From Candidatus Omnitrophota bacterium (lineage in GTDB: Bacteria; Omnitrophota; Gorgyraeia; Gygaellales; Profunditerraquicolaceae), in contig JAZDOJ010000007.1 of the NCBI GenBank assembly GCA_043798795.1, positions 28,259 through 92,258 on the forward strand: a DNA stretch of 64,000 bases, written 5' to 3'. Shown here one piece after another: positions 60,500 through 64,000 of this stretch; the stretch's first letter is position 1; the number at the start of each line of letters is the position of its first letter. The notes under the pieces are model-generated. The model worked only from the letters and a program-made list of their open reading frames with translations, made no database searches and was not told the origin of the DNA. The position numbers were made by a program, and so were the translations under genes.

Positions 60500-62188
60500 A
60501 TGCCTAGCCATAAAATCTTAAAAATCGCAAAACCTTCTAACAGCCTGTGTGATCAGCTCAACAAAGAATTAGGGTTGCCGGAAATACTGGCCCAGATTCT
60601 CATTAACAGGGGGATAAGCACAGCCCAGGAGGCTGAAAGGTTCCTGAATGTCAACCCCGAACATCTTTTGGACCCTTTTCTCTTCAAGGATATGCGAAAG
60701 GCCGTCAGCCGTATCCAGGGGGCAGGCCGGGACAAAGAGGAGGTCATGGTCTTTGGAGATTATGATGCGGATGGGATAACCGCCTTGGTCCTTTTAAAGG
60801 ACACACTTAAGAAAATAGGGGTGGAAGCGCTCCATTACCTGCCGCATCGGATTAAGGAGGGGTATGGCCTGAACAAAAATATCGTCAGGCATATCCTGAA
60901 AACAAAAGTCAAGCTTTTGATCACCGTTGACTGCGGGATAAGCAACCACGAGGAAATCGAGGAGTTGAAACGTCACCACATAGATGTGATTATCACCGAC
61001 CATCATGAGTCGGCAACCGAGAGGCTTCCCCATGCTTTCGGTATCCTGAATCCCAAAACCAAAACAAGCGGTTACCCGTTCCGGGACCTGGCAGGGGTGG
61101 GCGTATCTTATAAGCTTTGTCAGGCCTTAAGCGATTCTCCTTTGACAGAGGATCTGGATTTAGTCTCCCTAGGGACTATCGCGGACTGCGTGCCGTTGAC
61201 AGGAGAAAACCGTATCATTGCCAAAGAAGGCCTCAAGCAGCTTGCGCAGACAGGAAGGGAGGGCTTGCGGGCTCTTATAGAGAACGCCGGAATCAGCGGT
61301 CGTAAGTTCACCTCAACTTTCGTCAGCTTTATCCTTGGTCCCCGTATCAATGCCAGCGGCCGGATGGATACGCCTGAGACTTCCCTCAATCTCTTGATGA
61401 GCCGGACGCCGGAAGAGGCCCAAAGGTACGCGAAGGTCATTGAAGGCCACAATCGGCAGCGGCAAAAAATAGAGAACAGGATCCTGGATGAGGCCCAGGA
61501 CCTGATTGATAAAGAGGTTAATTTTAAGGAACATAAAATCATCGTTATTGCCAAGGAGGATTGGCATCAGGGCGTGTTGGGTATCGTGGCCTCAAGACTG
61601 GCGGATCGATTTTACAGGCCGGCGATCGTGATCTCTTTGGATGAGAAATTATGCAAGGGTTCAGGCCGCTCCATTAAGAATTTTCATCTTTTGCAGGCGC
61701 TAACGGAGTGTAAAGAATTTCTGGATAGTTTTGGCGGGCATAGCCACGCGGCGGGCCTGGTGATTACCAAGGACAGCATAGAAGATTTTAAGCGCAGCAT
61801 CAACGAACTGGCTCATCAGCGCTTATCTATCGAGGACCTGTTGCCAAGTCTCGATATCGATATGGAGCTGGCCCTTTCGGATTTGAATGAAGCAACCGTC
61901 ACCGCGTTTGACAGATTGGAACCTTTTGGGGCAGGAAATCCCGAACCTTTATTTTTTTCAAGAAATTTAAGAAGGAAATCAGAACCTCAGGTTTTAAGCC
62001 GGGAGACTCTGAAATTCTGGGTCACGGATGGCCTAGCGACCTATCAGGCCATTGGTTTTGGTATGGGTCCTTTGAAGGATAACCTTTTAGAATCAGAAAG
62101 TTTCGATCTGGTTTATACAGCGCGCATAGACAACTGGGCGGGGGAGACCTCTGTTCTTTTGGAAATCAAAGATATATTTTTTAAGTGA
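60500..62188 (+). CDS. recJ: Single-stranded-DNA-specific exonuclease RecJ
   Basis: GDYDADG, ITVDCG, TDHH, GTIAD, GSGRS, GGH..AAG, LEPFG.GNP.P. Confidence 0.97.
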   Translation: MPSHKILKIAKPSNSLCDQLNKELGLPEILAQILINRGISTAQEAERFLNVNPEHLLDPFLFKDMRKAVSRIQGAGRDKEEVMVFGDYDADGITALVLLKDTLKKIGVEALHYLPHRIKEGYGLNKNIVRHILKTKVKLLITVDCGISNHEEIEELKRHHIDVIITDHHESATERLPHAFGILNPKTKTSGYPFRDLAGVGVSYKLCQALSDSPLTEDLDLVSLGTIADCVPLTGENRIIAKEGLKQLAQTGREGLRALIENAGISGRKFTSTFVSFILGPRINASGRMDTPETSLNLLMSRTPEEAQRYAKVIEGHNRQRQKIENRILDEAQDLIDKEVNFKEHKIIVIAKEDWHQGVLGIVASRLADRFYRPAIVISLDEKLCKGSGRSIKNFHLLQALTECKEFLDSFGGHSHAAGLVITKDSIEDFKRSINELAHQRLSIEDLLPSLDIDMELALSDLNEATVTAFDRLEPFGAGNPEPLFFSRNLRRKSEPQVLSRETLKFWVTDGLATYQAIGFGMGPLKDNLLESESFDLVYTARIDNWAGETSVLLEIKDIFFK

Positions 62189-62190
62189 GC

Positions 62191-62418
62191 CTAGACCTTA
62201 TGCAGGTTTTCTTTTTTAATGCATTTGGTGCATACGTAGACTCTCTTGGGATGGCCTTTGATGAGGATGCGCATTTTTTGAAGGTTCGGCAGGAATTTAC
62301 GCATGGTCCAGCGGGCGATCTTGCTGCCGGTTCCGCCCTTGGCTTTATACTGGCCTTTTCGGGTGATGACTTTTCCGGATAATTCACCCTTTCCGCATAA
62401 CGCACATTTTTTTAACAT
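62191..62418 (-). CDS. rpmB: 50S ribosomal protein L28
   Basis: C.LCGK, R.FLPNLQK, V.VCTKCIK; the only minus-strand gene. Confidence 0.93.
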   Translation of the reverse strand: MLKKCALCGKGELSGKVITRKGQYKAKGGTGSKIARWTMRKFLPNLQKMRILIKGHPKRVYVCTKCIKKENLHKV

Positions 62419-62445
62419 TGCATTCCTCTCCTTATTAGGAAGATA

Positions 62446-62481
62446 AGTATACTTGAAATTTGGATATTGTCAAGATAGAAT
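62446..62481. promoter_or_regulatory. Overlapping divergent sigma70 promoters (rpmB / uvrD)
   Basis: Minus strand: TTGACA(62473-68), 16 bp, TATACT(62451-46). Plus strand: TTGAAA(62453-58), 17 bp, TAGAAT(62476-81). Confidence 0.65.
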
Positions 62482-62511
62482 AATGAGGGATTGACTCGGC
62501 GATAGAAAACG

Positions 62512-64000
62512 ATGAACGATATTCTGGAGGGTCTCAATAAGGAGCAGGAGGAGGCGGTGACGCACCGCCAAGGGCCTCTTTTGATCATTGCCGGCGCCGG
62601 AACGGGAAAAACCACGGTCATCACCCGCAGGATCGCCTGGCTTTTATCCAGCGGCCTGGCCAAGACGAACGAAATATTAGCCCTGACCTTTACGGATAAG
62701 GCCGCTGCCCAGATGCTGGAACGCGTGGATATCCTTGTGCCTTACGGCTATACGGATATCTGGATCTCGACCTTTCATGCCTTTGGAGATAGGCTTTTAA
62801 GAGAGAATGCCCTTATCGCCGGCCTGGATCCGGATTTTAAAGTCTTAACCCGGCCTGAGGCCGCGGTTTTTTTCCGTGAACATCTTTTTGAGTTTAATCT
62901 TTCCTACTACCGGCCCTTATCCGACCCCACGCGCTTCATTGAAGCCCTGATTCAGGTGTTTAGCCGCGCCAAAGACGAAGATATCTCTCCCCAAGAATAC
63001 CTTGATTTTGCCGCAAACCTTATGCAGAGGTCAAAAGAGCATTCAGAGGATGAGGCCCTGAAGGAGGAGGCCTTGCAGCAGTTGGATGTGGCGAAGGCCT
63101 ATTGCTTATATCAGGAGCTTCTTTCTAAATTCGGTGCCGTAGATTTTGGGAATCAATTCTTTTTAGGATTAAAACTCTTAAGAGAGCATCCTTTAATCCT
63201 AAAAAGATACCAGCAGCAGTTCAAATACATTCTGGTGGATGAGTTTCAGGATACCAACTTCGCGCAGTTCCAGATGGTCAAATTATTGGTCGGGCAGGAT
63301 AAGAATATTGCGGTGGTTGCCGACGATGACCAGTGCATCTATCGCTGGCGGGGCGCTGCTTACAGCAACGTGTTGAATTTTATGGAGAGTTTTCCGCAGG
63401 CCCAAAAGGTCAGCCTTATTCAGAACTACCGCTCTACGCAGCAACTCCTGGATAGCGCCTATCGGCTTATCCAGAATAATAATCCGGAGCGCTTTGAGGT
63501 GAAGGCTGGAATCGATAAAAAGCTTATCGCTGTTTCGAAGAAAGGTTCGAGACTTGAGTCTTTGCATTTTGAGAGCCATTCAGCAGAATCCGATTGGGTG
63601 GCGCAAACTATCAAAAAGAAGGTCGATTCCGGAAAATTCCACTATAAGGACTTTGCGATCCTTGTGCGTGCCAACTCAGACGCCCAGGCTTTTTTGCAGG
63701 CATTGAACATGCAGGGTCTGCCGTGGCAATTCAGCGGCGCCCAGGGGTTGTATTCCAGGGAAGAGGTCAAGTTGTGCATCCATTTCTTGCGCGTCACGGC
63801 CAATGCCTCGGATTCTTTAAGCCTTTATTATCTGGTCTCAAGCGAAGTCTATGACCTGAATCTTTCTGACCTGTCTTTATGCATGCATTATGCGAAACGC
63901 AGGAATAAATCGCTCTGTTTTGTATTTGAGAACATCGAAACGATCCAAGAGTTATCCGAGGTAAGCCCCACAAGCCGCGAAAAGATCAGAAAGGTTTTGG
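62512..64000 (+). CDS. UvrD/PcrA-family ATP-dependent DNA helicase (runs off the window; absent from the ORF track)
   Basis: MNDILEGLNKEQEEAVTH..GPLLIIAGAGTGKT, LTFTDKAA, STFHAF, ILVDEFQDTN, DDDQCIYRWRGA, NYRS. Confidence 0.93.
   Translation, partial: MNDILEGLNKEQEEAVTHRQGPLLIIAGAGTGKTTVITRRIAWLLSSGLAKTNEILALTFTDKAAAQMLERVDILVPYGYTDIWISTFHAFGDRLLRENALIAGLDPDFKVLTRPEAAVFFREHLFEFNLSYYRPLSDPTRFIEALIQVFSRAKDEDISPQEYLDFAANLMQRSKEHSEDEALKEEALQQLDVAKAYCLYQELLSKFGAVDFGNQFFLGLKLLREHPLILKRYQQQFKYILVDEFQDTNFAQFQMVKLLVGQDKNIAVVADDDQCIYRWRGAAYSNVLNFMESFPQAQKVSLIQNYRSTQQLLDSAYRLIQNNNPERFEVKAGIDKKLIAVSKKGSRLESLHFESHSAESDWVAQTIKKKVDSGKFHYKDFAILVRANSDAQAFLQALNMQGLPWQFSGAQGLYSREEVKLCIHFLRVTANASDSLSLYYLVSSEVYDLNLSDLSLCMHYAKRRNKSLCFVFENIETIQELSEVSPTSREKIRKVL

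Noticed and set aside
62185-62382. Plus-strand 65-aa ORF after recJ
   Set aside because: Antisense shadow of rpmB.

Overview
A gene-dense, housekeeping-rich bacterial chromosomal segment with 63 CDS, 62 of them on the + strand. The genome is that of an anaerobe, tentatively Candidatus Omnitrophota (PVC), inferred from gene content and not proven. Gene order: serC-like aminotransferase, serA, a secreted degenerate 5'-nucleotidase/thioredoxin-like fusion, a probable Re-citrate synthase and purA; an OmpA/MotB lipoprotein pair; DUF4912 and GH57; uppS-cdsA-dxr-rseP-ispG-(orphan tadA/cpaF)-proS-rimP-nusA-infB-trpS-scpA-ruvB-queH; spoIID-queA-tgt-trmD-rplS-rnhB-yraN; a Wood-Ljungdahl cluster (fhs-fchA-folD-ORFan-metF-cooS-cooF-FNOR-acsB); TPR-polA-glgA-coaE-rho-rpmE-prfA-prmC-murA-trpGDCFBA; M16 peptidase, CNNM, an unannotated 49-aa Zn-ribbon gene, rsfS with an apparent ATA start, argS, recJ, rpmB and a partial uvrD/pcrA. 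I saw no rRNA, tRNA, CRISPR array or transposase. The most unexpected non-genic signals are a 158-bp perfect four-way-junction palindromic element overlapping the 3' end of queH, and a family of 7/8-bp tandem repeats found both between genes and in frame inside essential genes. All product calls come from motif recognition by eye; no database search was run.
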